Shown: positions 17,038 through 26,939 of the stretch, piece by piece
Position numbering within the stretch: the first letter of the stretch is position 1
Layout of the letters: each line of letters starts with the position of its first letter
NCBI GenBank assembly: GCA_964436935.1
Contig: CAYTES010000003.1
Span: 1-56,531 of the forward strand
Direction of reading: 5' to 3'
Length of the DNA: 56,531 nucleotides
DNA from: an uncultured Candidatus Peribacteria bacterium
GTDB lineage: Bacteria > Patescibacteriota > Gracilibacteria > UBA1369 > UBA12473
Translations under genes and position numbers: made by a program
The notes under the pieces: generated by a model
What the model was told of the DNA's origin: nothing
What the model saw: the letters and a program-made list of their open reading frames with translations, nothing else
Database searches by the model: none

Positions 17038-18786
17038 CTACTGATCGGAAAGCAAGGCGATCTTTTGATTCAAAAGTTCGGCAAAATCAAGCGACTTATT
17101 CTTATCCTGTAAATCCTTACAGAACCGCAAGGCCTCTTGAAATGATGCTCCTTTTTTCTCAAGCAATAAGACATATTTTAGGATAGAGCCACTCCATACG
17201 TTAAATCGACCGATTGTAGTAGATAATTCCTGAGGGGTCACCCCACGCCGCATAAAGAAAAGGATATCCTCCAGTTGTTTGGAGAAAGGGTAACGCTCAG
17301 AGCTCATAAATTGAAGGTATTCATCCAATTCATGAGGTGAAAGAGGATAAAGTTTTTCCAAAATGGTGAGCAAATAAGAAGGGACCAACACTTTATTTGA
17401 TTCGCTCAAGTGAATATAATCCGGCTCCCTTTGATGAGAGAACAAATTAACAATCCGTTCACTGTCATAAGAACTAAAAGACATCAAATAATCGTACTTC
17501 ACTCGATCATACTGATAAAAATAGCTCAAACATTTAATCGTGTCCTCATTCAAAGAAGGAGAAGCACCTCGATGAGGATTAAATTTTGCCCACAAAATAT
17601 CCGCGGCACTCGAAACTTCAGCCATCACATCCTCGGGCAAACCATTGGAGATTTTAAGATAAGAAATCACTTGCGACGGCTTCTGATAGCGGGGAGAAAG
17701 TCGGGCGAGCTGCTCCAAAGAAGCTCGATCCTTCATATAATCAACGATCGGACTAAACCCATAACCAAATTCTTCAAAATACGAGAGCGCATACGAACCA
17801 AGAATAGCAAAAAAATCTTCCACCGAAGCGTGTGATCCCTTTTTGAAATTTCCTAAAAACCGCGCAATAAACATTTTTTTATCCTCAACCTCGTAAGGTC
17901 GACGAAAATGAGTTTCGGGATTCGGATAAAATCGACGAAAACACTGCTCAATCGCTTCCGGAGGAATTCCGGCAGCAAACAAATCCATTTTTTCATCCGT
18001 CATAGGAATCATGGCATAATTTCCATTGACTTTTACAGGATCAGCCCCCTTTAAAACGAGATGAAAAACAAGCTGCTCCATATTCAAATAGGGGGCACGT
18101 CCATCATAATGCGAATTGCTATTTACCAATTCATCCCTCAATTCGGGAGAAAGACAACCTTCCACCTCCGGACAAATTTTTTCAATATAGTCCATCCCCT
18201 GATCTCTCAACTGAATAAGGGCTGAAAGCTTTTTCAACCCAAATGGAGAAATGGTTTGGGAACGTGCTGCTTCTTCGAGTGTTTTAATCTCCGAATGAAA
18301 AATACGAAATGAGCTGTCTACTTTGCCCTCTTTTCCAAGATTAAGGCGAGAATCTTCAAATAAACTGCGATGGAAGCGTGCCGCTTCTTGTGGTGTTATC
18401 CGATAACCAAGGAATCGTTTTATATCGTTAGCCATAAAATAATCCGGATAAGAGAGGGCTAGCTCGGGAGGAATAGAAGCGGTTTTTTCCGCCCAAAATA
18501 TTTCAATGATTTCTTTAGAAGTAAAACGACCGCGATACGCACTATAAATGGTTTCATTTAAACCATTTTTCAACGCACGCATAATAGAATCCATAGAAAT
18601 CTCTTGTGCATCCCCTCTACTGGCAATAACCACTAAAATCCCGAGTTTCTGTTTGAAAAAATCTAAATTCACTCGAAGATCAAGCGGCAAAGGATCTTCA
18701 CCCAAAATTTCAGTCTTGGAAGGAGCATCTGTCTGCGCTTCTGGCTTCAATTCGGCAATCAATCGGCTCAAAATATCCAATGCCAT
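17038..18786 (-). CDS. large orphan helical-repeat protein (about 582 aa from MALDILS)
   Basis: Long ORF with at least 7 copies of an (I/V/L)(T/P/S)P(Q/E/H)E(L/A) motif spaced 35-60 aa apart (ITPQEAARF, IPPEAIEQCF, VTPQELSTTI, IPPELALSY, LSPHELDEY...). The tracked N-terminus (to 18867) runs into AT-rich promoter DNA, so the start is set at 18786. Confidence 0.6.
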   Translation of the reverse strand: MALDILSRLIAELKPEAQTDAPSKTEILGEDPLPLDLRVNLDFFKQKLGILVVIASRGDAQEISMDSIMRALKNGLNETIYSAYRGRFTSKEIIEIFWAEKTASIPPELALSYPDYFMANDIKRFLGYRITPQEAARFHRSLFEDSRLNLGKEGKVDSSFRIFHSEIKTLEEAARSQTISPFGLKKLSALIQLRDQGMDYIEKICPEVEGCLSPELRDELVNSNSHYDGRAPYLNMEQLVFHLVLKGADPVKVNGNYAMIPMTDEKMDLFAAGIPPEAIEQCFRRFYPNPETHFRRPYEVEDKKMFIARFLGNFKKGSHASVEDFFAILGSYALSYFEEFGYGFSPIVDYMKDRASLEQLARLSPRYQKPSQVISYLKISNGLPEDVMAEVSSAADILWAKFNPHRGASPSLNEDTIKCLSYFYQYDRVKYDYLMSFSSYDSERIVNLFSHQREPDYIHLSESNKVLVPSYLLTILEKLYPLSPHELDEYLQFMSSERYPFSKQLEDILFFMRRGVTPQELSTTIGRFNVWSGSILKYVLLLEKKGASFQEALRFCKDLQDKNKSLDFAELLNQKIALLSDQ

Positions 18787-18973
18787 AAAAGCAAAAATTA
18801 AAATTAAGAATATAATATAATATAAAATAAAAATAAAGTCAATACAAACCGAAGGGATATCCCGCACTGCACACTAAATTTGACTAAATATATTTTAAAT
18901 TATATAATATATTAATTTTAGACACATGTGGTGCACTTCAAACTAGATTTCGGAAACTTTTACGAAATGGAAA

Positions 18974-21247
18974 ATGAATATCAAAAATAGCCACAAAGAA
19001 AATAGCTCAGAAGAAAACAGTGCTCCACTTCAAGTCTCCGGAGCACCCGCCCAATTTGATTTATTTCAGCCGCTTGAAACCTACACACCGCGACGGGAAA
19101 GCGTTCAAGCCCAATTGAGGCATGTGGATGACGTTTTAACGATCACAGACAATGACAGATGGGGGAATACATTTAAATTCAGCCCAAAACAACCGGCCAC
19201 ATGGAGCCCTGAAGAGCAAGCACAGTATCAACAAGAAACCGCAGAGGATATAGACAGCTTGGAACTCAAACTCGAACGATTAAAAATTAAAATGCTAACG
19301 TACTATCTGGAAGGGACCTATCCCTACTCCCCCGGTTTATCTTATGAAGAAGGGAACAAAACAATTGGAGGGCAGTTTTGCGATTTAACGGCAAAACTCT
19401 TCTACCAAGAAACACCTATTACGGAAACACAAAGAAAAAAACTCCTACAAGAAACCAACAAACGAATCCCACGAGAATTCGCACTTCCTCATTCGTCGCA
19501 CTTATCAAAAGAAGATGCGGAAATACTCTATGAATTAGCCCAGAAAATGCACTATGGATCTCCTCCCGATAAAACAGAGAAACAACGATTGGAAGTTCTG
19601 ATGATTAAAATCCTTGAAATCGAGAAAGGAATCCTTGAAATCAAAAATCAGGGAGAACTTTTCCCCCAACAAGGAGAAGCATTTTGGATGGATCAAAAAA
19701 TGAGGGAATATGCCAACAAATACCGGATCCTGCTCAAAGAATTTGCCACCTATGAAGAGTCGCAGTCGTGGTTTTCACCGACTTATGGGGGCAGCGGAAA
19801 AGGGCAAAGAGGAAAACGCCAACAATCGGAGCCGTTTCGAAGTGACTATCAGCGCGTGGTTATGCCGGAAAGGGACACATTAGAAAGAAAACTACACAAA
19901 CTGATTTTTGGAGGGGACGAATCTCGCGAAGCGAAAAGTGTACTATTCGATGGAGGAATCAATGCACTTCATGGAATTTTAATGCTACTCGATAAAGAAA
20001 ATTCCAGACGACAACAAAAATCAGAAATTTTCAAAACAAGTGACATCTATTTCGAAGTGGATCAGAGAATCGAGCAACACTTTAAGGATCAAAATTTAAA
20101 ACCGGTGGTTTTTAACCCGGAAGACACGGCCGGGCTCATTGAACGGATAAAAAAAGAAATGCCGACTGCCGTATTCCTCAATCCCATGTCCAACATGTAC
20201 GACATGAAAATGACGGGAATAAATGAAATACTAGAGGCCTTAGCCGATCCAAAAGGATGGAAACCCTCTAAAAAAAGCGCATACGATGAAGAAAAAATTT
20301 ACATCATTATTGATAATTCAACCTTGGGACGTTGCGCCAACTGGAGAAATTTTAATTTCCGCAAACTCCCCCGATTTGTACGAGTGATTTCATTTGAAAG
20401 TTTAATCAAATTTGCTCAGGATGGATTGGAGCTGGCTCCGGCGGGACTCGCCACGGCCATTGGAGAATATGCGGATTCCGATTTAAAAAATAATCGTCGT
20501 CAAGGCGGATTCCACCTGCCGGAAAATTCGATTCGAAAATTGGAACTGACGATTCAAGAAGATACTCTTGAAAGAAAAATGAAGCGCCATTCCCGTAATA
20601 CGGCCTACTTGGCGGAATCCTTAGCGCAAGATCGAGCGCAAAAAACAGGAAAAAGTTTGATTTCCGAAATCATTCTTCCCCATCTTGATTCACACCCACA
20701 GCATGAACTTGCTAAAAAAGAAACATCCGGAGCGGGAGGAATTTTTAATATCGGATTGGATTTTAATTTTCTAAAATCCTACAAGGAAAAACAATTTTAT
20801 GGAAAACAAGAAAATGAATTTTATGAACAAGAAGCGACTGCGCATGAATTCAGAGAAAATTCGAAAAAAATTGCCGGTGCGTTTTTGAATCTGGTGCTTT
20901 ATTTTGCCAAAGAAGTTGGGCTGGAAATAAACAAAGGAACCAGTTATGGATTTCAAATCACCCGAATGGCCGTTTACGACAGAAACATAGAAGGAGAAAG
21001 CAACTACAACTTTCAAGAAATTCCCTACCTGCGCATTGCCCCCGGAACGGAAACCATTAAAGAAATGAAATTAATAGCGGAAATCCTCAAAAGGACAAAC
21101 GATATTTTTTCGCAGGCACTGGGAGAAAAAAGCATACTGAGTCTATCTGAAAGTATCCTAAAAAGGGAAACGGACAGAGAACTTCGCCTGGGCAACGCTT
21201 CAACCACGAAGAAACGGCTCAGAACATGGACACAAGCGGCTTTGTAA
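18974..21247 (+). CDS. orphan N-terminal domain fused to a divergent Cys/Met-metabolism-type PLP-dependent enzyme fold
   Basis: The C-terminal ~450 aa are collinear with the cystathionine gamma-synthase/lyase family. Compare VLFDGGINALHG with SGMAA, TAVFLNPMSN with ETPTNP, IIIDNSTLG with VDNTF, SFESLIKFAQDG with SATKYLGHSD, LPHLDSHPQHELAKKETSGAGGIFN with YPGLxSHPQHxLAxxQxxGxGGxxSF, and YLRIAPGTE with RLSVGIE. Confidence 0.6.
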   Translation: MNIKNSHKENSSEENSAPLQVSGAPAQFDLFQPLETYTPRRESVQAQLRHVDDVLTITDNDRWGNTFKFSPKQPATWSPEEQAQYQQETAEDIDSLELKLERLKIKMLTYYLEGTYPYSPGLSYEEGNKTIGGQFCDLTAKLFYQETPITETQRKKLLQETNKRIPREFALPHSSHLSKEDAEILYELAQKMHYGSPPDKTEKQRLEVLMIKILEIEKGILEIKNQGELFPQQGEAFWMDQKMREYANKYRILLKEFATYEESQSWFSPTYGGSGKGQRGKRQQSEPFRSDYQRVVMPERDTLERKLHKLIFGGDESREAKSVLFDGGINALHGILMLLDKENSRRQQKSEIFKTSDIYFEVDQRIEQHFKDQNLKPVVFNPEDTAGLIERIKKEMPTAVFLNPMSNMYDMKMTGINEILEALADPKGWKPSKKSAYDEEKIYIIIDNSTLGRCANWRNFNFRKLPRFVRVISFESLIKFAQDGLELAPAGLATAIGEYADSDLKNNRRQGGFHLPENSIRKLELTIQEDTLERKMKRHSRNTAYLAESLAQDRAQKTGKSLISEIILPHLDSHPQHELAKKETSGAGGIFNIGLDFNFLKSYKEKQFYGKQENEFYEQEATAHEFRENSKKIAGAFLNLVLYFAKEVGLEINKGTSYGFQITRMAVYDRNIEGESNYNFQEIPYLRIAPGTETIKEMKLIAEILKRTNDIFSQALGEKSILSLSESILKRETDRELRLGNASTTKKRLRTWTQAAL

Positions 21248-21278
21248 AAAAGAATGGAGAGCAATTGCAAAACCTGTT

Positions 21279-21305
21279 TCAGCACTCTATAATAAAAAGT
21301 GCTAA
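21279..21305 (+). promoter_or_regulatory. CIRCE operator (HrcA binding site) upstream of hrcA
   Basis: TCAGCACTC-TATAATAAA-AAGTGCTAA versus the consensus TTAGCACTC-N9-GAGTGCTAA. The spacer contains a TATAAT -10 box. Confidence 0.85.
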
Positions 21306-21355
21306 AACCTCTTTTGAATTAGGTTCCATAGACCATTTTTAAGAAAAACCTCATC

Positions 21356-22078
21356 GTGATCCCACTCGACGCCCGAAAAGGGCAAATCTTAGCCGCCATC
21401 ATTCAACAGTTCACGGAAACCGCCGAACCGGTGGGATCAAAAACCGTGCTCATCCGATACCAACTTTCCGTGAGTCCCGCCACAATCCGGAACGACATGT
21501 CGTTCCTTGAAAACGAAGGCTTGATTTATCAACCCCACACCTCGGCGGGACGAGTCCCCACCAACAAAGGGTATAGATTATATATCGATCAATTGGTTGA
21601 TTACGACAAAGCAGCAAAATTGGCCAAAGAACATCTGAAAAATGTTCGAAAAGCCGTGGCCCGCAAACAAGCGGAATATAAAGTGCACGAAGCCGTTTCA
21701 CTTTTATCCCAAGCCATTCCCCATGTCAGCTTTGCCAGTCTTCCCGACAACGAAAGAACGTTTTACCTCGGACTTTCGAACATGCTCAAACAACCCGAAT
21801 TCTTGGAACAACCCCTACAAGCCAGCCAGGTGATCGAAGTGCTCGAAGAAAAAACGCATTTTCTTAAAATCTTGGATCAACTCAATATTGACGAAGCACC
21901 CCAAATTTTCATCGGAAAAGAAAATATCTTACCCCAAATTGAAAGTTGCAGCCTTATTGTGTGCCGATATCATCACGGAGAATACAAAGGCTACCTCGGA
22001 CTTTTAGGGCCCACCCGAATGGCCTACGGTTTCAATATCGCCCTGCTCAAAGAAGTCCAAAAACTCATTCACGATTAA
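21356..22078 (+). CDS. hrcA: heat-inducible transcription repressor HrcA (short, 240 aa, GTG start)
   Basis: Winged-helix N-terminus EPVGSKTV...VSPATIRNDMSFLENEGLIYQPHTSAGRVPTNKGYRLYID. Confidence 0.85.
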   Translation: MIPLDARKGQILAAIIQQFTETAEPVGSKTVLIRYQLSVSPATIRNDMSFLENEGLIYQPHTSAGRVPTNKGYRLYIDQLVDYDKAAKLAKEHLKNVRKAVARKQAEYKVHEAVSLLSQAIPHVSFASLPDNERTFYLGLSNMLKQPEFLEQPLQASQVIEVLEEKTHFLKILDQLNIDEAPQIFIGKENILPQIESCSLIVCRYHHGEYKGYLGLLGPTRMAYGFNIALLKEVQKLIHD

Positions 22079-22096
22079 GCTTTAACCTTTCCTCTC

Positions 22097-22771
22097 ATGC
22101 CCGACAATACGACTCCACAAACACCCCAGAGCGACGAACCGCTCCCCGGAGCCAAAAGCCCTGCAGGGGCAGGCGCCTCGCAAGATGACGCCACTCAAAG
22201 CGCACAAACCTCCGACACGGGACAATCGGATAACGGTAACGCCACCTCTCCACTTTCCGCACCGGAAACCACCCTCTTGGCCATGCAAAAAGAACTAGAC
22301 GAAATGACGGAAATGGCCAAACGCGCCGTGGCAGACCTTCAAAACTTCAAACGCCGCACCGACGAAGAAAAAAGCGGCCTAATCGTGTTTGCGAACCTCA
22401 CTTTTCTACAAGCCATTTTTCCGGTGATCGACAACTTTCAGCGCGCCTTCCAACATATCCCGCAAGAATTGACCGAGAAAGAATGGATCAAAGGCATTTT
22501 CGCCATTGAAAAACAATTCATGGACACCTTGAAAACCTTAGGATTTGAAGAAATCGGCTGTGAACCCGGCACCCCCTTCGACGCCAATTTTCATGAAGTC
22601 GTCATGCAAGCCCCGGGAGAAAAAGATATGATTCTCGAATGCTTTGAAAAAGGATATCAATTCAAAGATAAAGTGATTCGACCTGCAAAAATCAAAGTCG
22701 GCGATGGAAGTGTCAACCCATCAAACTCCACATTTCCGACACAAAACACCGCTCCACCCACAAACGCTTGA
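22097..22771 (+). CDS. grpE: nucleotide exchange factor GrpE
   Basis: ADLQNFKRRTDEE coiled-coil and a C-terminal beta domain. The N-terminal region is low-complexity. Confidence 0.9.
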   Translation: MPDNTTPQTPQSDEPLPGAKSPAGAGASQDDATQSAQTSDTGQSDNGNATSPLSAPETTLLAMQKELDEMTEMAKRAVADLQNFKRRTDEEKSGLIVFANLTFLQAIFPVIDNFQRAFQHIPQELTEKEWIKGIFAIEKQFMDTLKTLGFEEIGCEPGTPFDANFHEVVMQAPGEKDMILECFEKGYQFKDKVIRPAKIKVGDGSVNPSNSTFPTQNTAPPTNA

Positions 22772-22781
22772 CCCACAAGAA

Positions 22782-22808
22782 TTGGCACTCTATAATAATG
22801 ACTGCTAA
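22782..22808 (+). promoter_or_regulatory. degenerate CIRCE-like inverted repeat upstream of dnaK
   Basis: TTGGCACTC-TATAATAAT-GACTGCTAA has the same 9-N9-9 geometry and the same TATAAT-containing spacer as the hrcA CIRCE, with 3 mismatches to consensus. Confidence 0.5.
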
Positions 22809-22861
22809 TTCATCGAATCAGTTCATTATCTCACTAAATAATACTCAATAACCACATTTTC

Positions 22862-24787
22862 ATGGGTAAAATCATTGGAATCGATCTTGGAACCACCAAC
22901 TCTTGCGTGGCCGTTATGGAAGGCGGTGAACCCACCGTGATCCCGAATGCCGAAGGACAACGCACCACCCCCTCGATCGTAGCTCAAAAAGAAAACGAAC
23001 GACTGGTCGGTATTCCCGCCAAGCGACAAGCCGTGACCAACGCTGAAAATACCATTTTTTCCGCCAAACGGTTCATTGGTCGCAACTACAGCGAAATCGA
23101 GGAAACCGCGAAACGCATGCCGTTCAAAGTCGTTAAAGGATCGAAAGGCGAAGCCGAAATCATCCTCAATGGAAAACAACACCAACCGGCTGAAATTTCC
23201 GCCATGGTGCTCCAAAAACTCAAAGCGGACGCCGAAAAATATCTCGGCGAAACGGTGACCGAAGCGGTCATCACCGTTCCCGCTTATTTCAACGATGCCC
23301 AACGCCAAGCCACCAAAGACGCCGGTAAAATTGCAGGACTCGAGGTCAAACGCATCATCAACGAACCCACCGCCGCCGCACTCGCCTATGGTCTCGACAA
23401 GAAGGGGGGGGATAAAAAAATTGCCGTCTTCGATCTCGGAGGAGGAACGTTCGATGTCTCCATCCTGGAACTCGGCGATGGGGTATTCGAAGTCCTTTCC
23501 ACAAATGGAGACACCCAACTCGGAGGAGACGATTTTGATGAAGTGATCTTGGAATGGTTGATCAGTGAATTCAAAAAAGAGTCCGGAATCGACCTCAAAA
23601 ACGACAAAATGGCACTCCAACGCCTCAAAGAAGCCGCCGAAAAAGCTAAAATTGAACTCTCTTCCACGCATGAAACCGAAATCAATCTTCCGTTCATCAC
23701 CGCGGATGCCAGCGGCCCCAAACACCTGAACATCAAACTCAGCCGCTCCAAGCTGGAAGATCTGGTCGCCGACTTGGTGCACCGTTGCGTGGAGCCTTGC
23801 CGCAAAGCCATTGAAGACGCCAAAGTGTATGTGGGTGATATTCACGAAGTCGTGCTGGTGGGAGGAATGACCCGTATGCCAGCCGTTCAAGATAAAGTCA
23901 AAGAAGTGTTCGGGAAAGAGCCCCACCGGGGAATCAACCCGGATGAAGTGGTCGCGCTCGGCGCCGCCATTCAAGGAGGAGTCCTTCAAGGGGATGTCAA
24001 AGGGGTCCTATTGCTCGATGTCACCCCCCTCACCTTGGGCATTGAAACCCTCGGTGGAGTGGCGACCCCGTTGATCGAACGGAACACCACGATTCCCACC
24101 TCGAAATCTCAAGTTTTCTCGACCGCTTCCGACAGCCAAACGTCTGTTGAAATTCACGTGGTGCAAGGAGAACGACCGCTTGCCAGCGACAATAAATCAC
24201 TCGGTAAATTCATATTGGATGGAATTCCTCCCTCCCCTCGAGGAGTGCCTCAAGTCGAAGTCACGTTCGATATCGACGCCAATGGAATTTTGAATGTGAA
24301 GGCCATGGACAAAGCCAGCAACAAAACCCAACACATCACCATCACGGGAACAAGCGGCCTTTCCGAAGAAGAAATCGAAAAGATGCGCAAAGAAGCCGAA
24401 ATCTTTGCCGAAGAGGATAAAAAGAAAAAAGACGCCATCGAAACTAAAAATCATGCCGAGATCCTTACCGCTCAAGCGGAAAGAACCTTAAAAGAGGCGG
24501 GCGACAAAGTTCCGGATGACATCCGTCGGCCGGTCGAAGATAAAATCAAAACGGTGAAAGACGTTCTCGCCAAAGAAGGCGCAACAGTCGAAGAAATCAA
24601 AACCGCAAGCGACGCGCTCTCCGAAGAAATTCAAAAAGTGGGAGCCGCCATGTACCAAAATGTCGGACAATCTCAGCCCGAGGAAGGTGTAAATGTCAAA
24701 GACATGAACGAAGAGGCTCCGGAAGGCGTAGTGGATGCCGAGGTAGTGGAGGAAGAAAAAAAAGAGGATGAAGATAAAAAAGAATAA
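22862..24787 (+). CDS. dnaK: molecular chaperone DnaK (Hsp70)
   Basis: [23 protein letters not shown] and [10 protein letters not shown]. Full-length Hsp70. Confidence 0.97.
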   Translation: MGKIIGIDLGTTNSCVAVMEGGEPTVIPNAEGQRTTPSIVAQKENERLVGIPAKRQAVTNAENTIFSAKRFIGRNYSEIEETAKRMPFKVVKGSKGEAEIILNGKQHQPAEISAMVLQKLKADAEKYLGETVTEAVITVPAYFNDAQRQATKDAGKIAGLEVKRIINEPTAAALAYGLDKKGGDKKIAVFDLGGGTFDVSILELGDGVFEVLSTNGDTQLGGDDFDEVILEWLISEFKKESGIDLKNDKMALQRLKEAAEKAKIELSSTHETEINLPFITADASGPKHLNIKLSRSKLEDLVADLVHRCVEPCRKAIEDAKVYVGDIHEVVLVGGMTRMPAVQDKVKEVFGKEPHRGINPDEVVALGAAIQGGVLQGDVKGVLLLDVTPLTLGIETLGGVATPLIERNTTIPTSKSQVFSTASDSQTSVEIHVVQGERPLASDNKSLGKFILDGIPPSPRGVPQVEVTFDIDANGILNVKAMDKASNKTQHITITGTSGLSEEEIEKMRKEAEIFAEEDKKKKDAIETKNHAEILTAQAERTLKEAGDKVPDDIRRPVEDKIKTVKDVLAKEGATVEEIKTASDALSEEIQKVGAAMYQNVGQSQPEEGVNVKDMNEEAPEGVVDAEVVEEEKKEDEDKKE

Positions 24788-24795
24788 AAAAATCC

Positions 24796-25053
24796 TCACT
24801 CTCCATAATGAGTTCGAGCGCGCTTAACATAAATCCGCCTCAGCTGGGGATCGATACTATAAACAAGTCGATCCTTAATGTTGAGGCGGTAGGAATAGTT
24901 GCCTTCAAGTTCACCCACTAATTTTTTGCCCACATAAGGATCTTGGGCAATCACCTCGATCAACAATTTTTTCAATTTCTCTTTGAGCTTGGGAGAAAGT
25001 GATTGAACATCTTTAAGTGCCTGCTTCGCGAAAAAAATCTCGTAAAGTTTCAT
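24796..25053 (-). CDS. type II toxin, RelE/YoeB (Txe) superfamily
   Basis: 85 aa. YSYRLNIKDRLVYSID...RTHYGE resembles the YoeB/RelE C-terminal catalytic region. It overlaps the upstream antitoxin stop by 4 nt. Confidence 0.75.
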   Translation of the reverse strand: MKLYEIFFAKQALKDVQSLSPKLKEKLKKLLIEVIAQDPYVGKKLVGELEGNYSYRLNIKDRLVYSIDPQLRRIYVKRARTHYGE

Positions 25054-25307
25054 TCGGATTTAAACACTTGATCAAAAGAAAAAACTTCTCCGTTCTTTAT
25101 CTCTATATCCGCTTTTCGAATGGAAGCCTTAAATCCCGGGATAGACAATAATTCCGCCGTTTCCATCAAATTTTCATATTCTTCTTCTGAAATAAGGATC
25201 ACATCTCCCTCTTTGGAAGAAACGCGAATAGGATGATGCGTTTTAAGTGCCGACTTTAAAAGTGAAAAAAAGGTAGAACGAGCATCGGTCGCCGTAAGAG
25301 TTTTCAT
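25050..25307 (-). CDS. type II antitoxin, Phd/YefM family
   Basis: MKTLTATDARSTFFSLLK...PIRVSSKEGDVILISEEEYENLMETAELL is a typical YefM N-terminal fold. The start is set at ATG 25307; the tracked TTG start at 25334 lies inside the operator palindrome. Confidence 0.8.
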   Translation of the reverse strand: MKTLTATDARSTFFSLLKSALKTHHPIRVSSKEGDVILISEEEYENLMETAELLSIPGFKASIRKADIEIKNGEVFSFDQVFKSE

Positions 25308-25309
25308 AA

Positions 25310-25345
25310 ATGTACTATTTAATGTACGTACCAATTATAGTACAT
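25310..25345 (-). promoter_or_regulatory. candidate TA operator: palindrome with four GTAC cores
   Basis: In ATGTACTATTTAATGTAC|GTACCAATTATAGTACAT the outer 9 nt are perfect inverted repeats. It lies immediately upstream of the antitoxin start. The E. coli yefM-yoeB operators use TGTACA cores. Confidence 0.5.
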
Positions 25346-25640
25346 AATATTATAAGCCGCAAATAAAATCCATTTCATCTTGAAAAGCTAAAGGTCCATG
25401 TTAAGCTGAACATAAATACTTAAAATCCAAACCCAGTGAATGAAAATCCTAAACCGCATCCTTTCCCCATAAGCAGAAGCAAAGCACCGCATGATTTAGG
25501 AAGAGACGCTATACGAGAAATACTCTGCAAAATAGCAGGATTAGCCCCCGTTGTGCCCCAATTAAGACCCGGAGATCCTTATTCAGACGACGACAGAAAT
25601 TGTTTCGAAAAAAATTAATATTTAAAAATCAAACCACCTA

Positions 25641-26939
25641 ATGCTCGACCTCAACCTTTTCCGCGAAAATCCAACACTCATCACCGCCGACCTAAAAAAA
25701 CGGTTTCAAGACGACTCCATCGTCCATCAAATCATAAAATTGGATGAAGAAAACCGAACATTGCTTCAAGAAGTGGAACAGTGCCGAGCCCAAAAAAATG
25801 CGGCCTCCGACGAGATCAGTCAACTTCGCGATGAAGCCAAGCAAGCGGCCATACAAAAAATGAAAGCCATCTCCGAGCAAGAAAAAAACGCGTATGAAAA
25901 ACAACAACAACTCGAAGAACAGCTCAAAGCACTTCTTTTAACCGTCCCCAATCTAACCCACTCCTCCACTCCCCAAGGCAAAGACGAAACCGAAAGCGTG
26001 ATCGAAAAAACCCACGGCACTCCGCCCACCTTCAACTTCACCCTCAAAGACCACGTGGAACTCGGCACCGCACTCGGCATCCTCAACATTGAAGACGCGG
26101 TACGCATGTCCGGATCTCGCTTCGGTTACCTCATGGGAGAAGCGGCACTACTCGAATTTGCCCTGATTCAGTTCGTGATGCACAAACTCGTGAGTAAAGG
26201 GTTCACCCCGGTCGTTCCACCGGTACTCGTGAAAGAACAAGCCATGATCGCCACCGGATTTTTCCCTGCCGACCGCAACCAAATCTATCACGTGAATCCC
26301 AAACAACACGAAAATGACGAAGAAAACGACGATCTCTATTTAGTCGGCACCGCCGAAGTCCCGCTCACGATGCTCCATGCCGACAAAATCTTAGAAGAAC
26401 AAAAACTCCCGCTCCGCTATGTAGGATTCTCCACCTGCTTCCGACGCGAAGCAGGAACCTACGGAAAAGACTCCGGTGGCATCATCCGGGTCCATCAGTT
26501 CGATAAAATTGAAATGTTCAGCTTTTGCCATCCCGACAAATCCTGGGAAGAACACGAACTCATTCGTTCGATCGAAGAAGAGATCATGCAGGAACTCGGT
26601 TTTGCGTACCAAGTCCTCAATATCTGTTCCGGCGATCTCGGCTACCCCGCCGCAAAAAAATATGACCTCGAAGTGTGGATTCCTTCTCAACAAAAATACC
26701 GAGAGCTCACCAGCTGCTCAAACTGCACCGACTACCAATCTCGCCGGGCTAAAATCCGGTACAAAACGGAAGAAGGCAAAAATGAATTTGTTCATACCCT
26801 CAATGGAACCGCATGCGCCATCGGTCGCACCCTTGTGGCCCTAATGGAAAACTATCAACAAGAAGATGGCAGCATCAAAATCCCCACGGTATTACAGCCT
26901 TTCATGAACGGAATCACGGAGATTGTAAAAAATAAATGA
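25641..26939 (+). CDS. serS: seryl-tRNA synthetase
   Basis: N-terminal coiled-coil arm and class II motifs (FRREAGTYGKDSGGIIRVHQF, TLNGTACAIGRTLVALMENYQ). Confidence 0.95.
   Translation: MLDLNLFRENPTLITADLKKRFQDDSIVHQIIKLDEENRTLLQEVEQCRAQKNAASDEISQLRDEAKQAAIQKMKAISEQEKNAYEKQQQLEEQLKALLLTVPNLTHSSTPQGKDETESVIEKTHGTPPTFNFTLKDHVELGTALGILNIEDAVRMSGSRFGYLMGEAALLEFALIQFVMHKLVSKGFTPVVPPVLVKEQAMIATGFFPADRNQIYHVNPKQHENDEENDDLYLVGTAEVPLTMLHADKILEEQKLPLRYVGFSTCFRREAGTYGKDSGGIIRVHQFDKIEMFSFCHPDKSWEEHELIRSIEEEIMQELGFAYQVLNICSGDLGYPAAKKYDLEVWIPSQQKYRELTSCSNCTDYQSRRAKIRYKTEEGKNEFVHTLNGTACAIGRTLVALMENYQQEDGSIKIPTVLQPFMNGITEIVKNK

Noticed and set aside
22826-23989. 387-aa ORF antisense to dnaK, plus other long antisense frames (34076-34864 in rpoC, 39554-41371 in fusA, 42106-42654 in tuf, 12795-13394 in fba, 45241-45777).
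   Set aside because: These are shadow ORFs opposite strongly conserved genes. Their translations are Gly/Phe/His-rich and not protein-like, while the sense-strand products are unambiguous.
25436-25618. 60-aa ORF in the serS upstream gap.
   Set aside because: It has a GTG start, no upstream TAACC or other initiation signal, and Pro/Asp-rich composition unlike its neighbours. It is kept only as an unresolved note.
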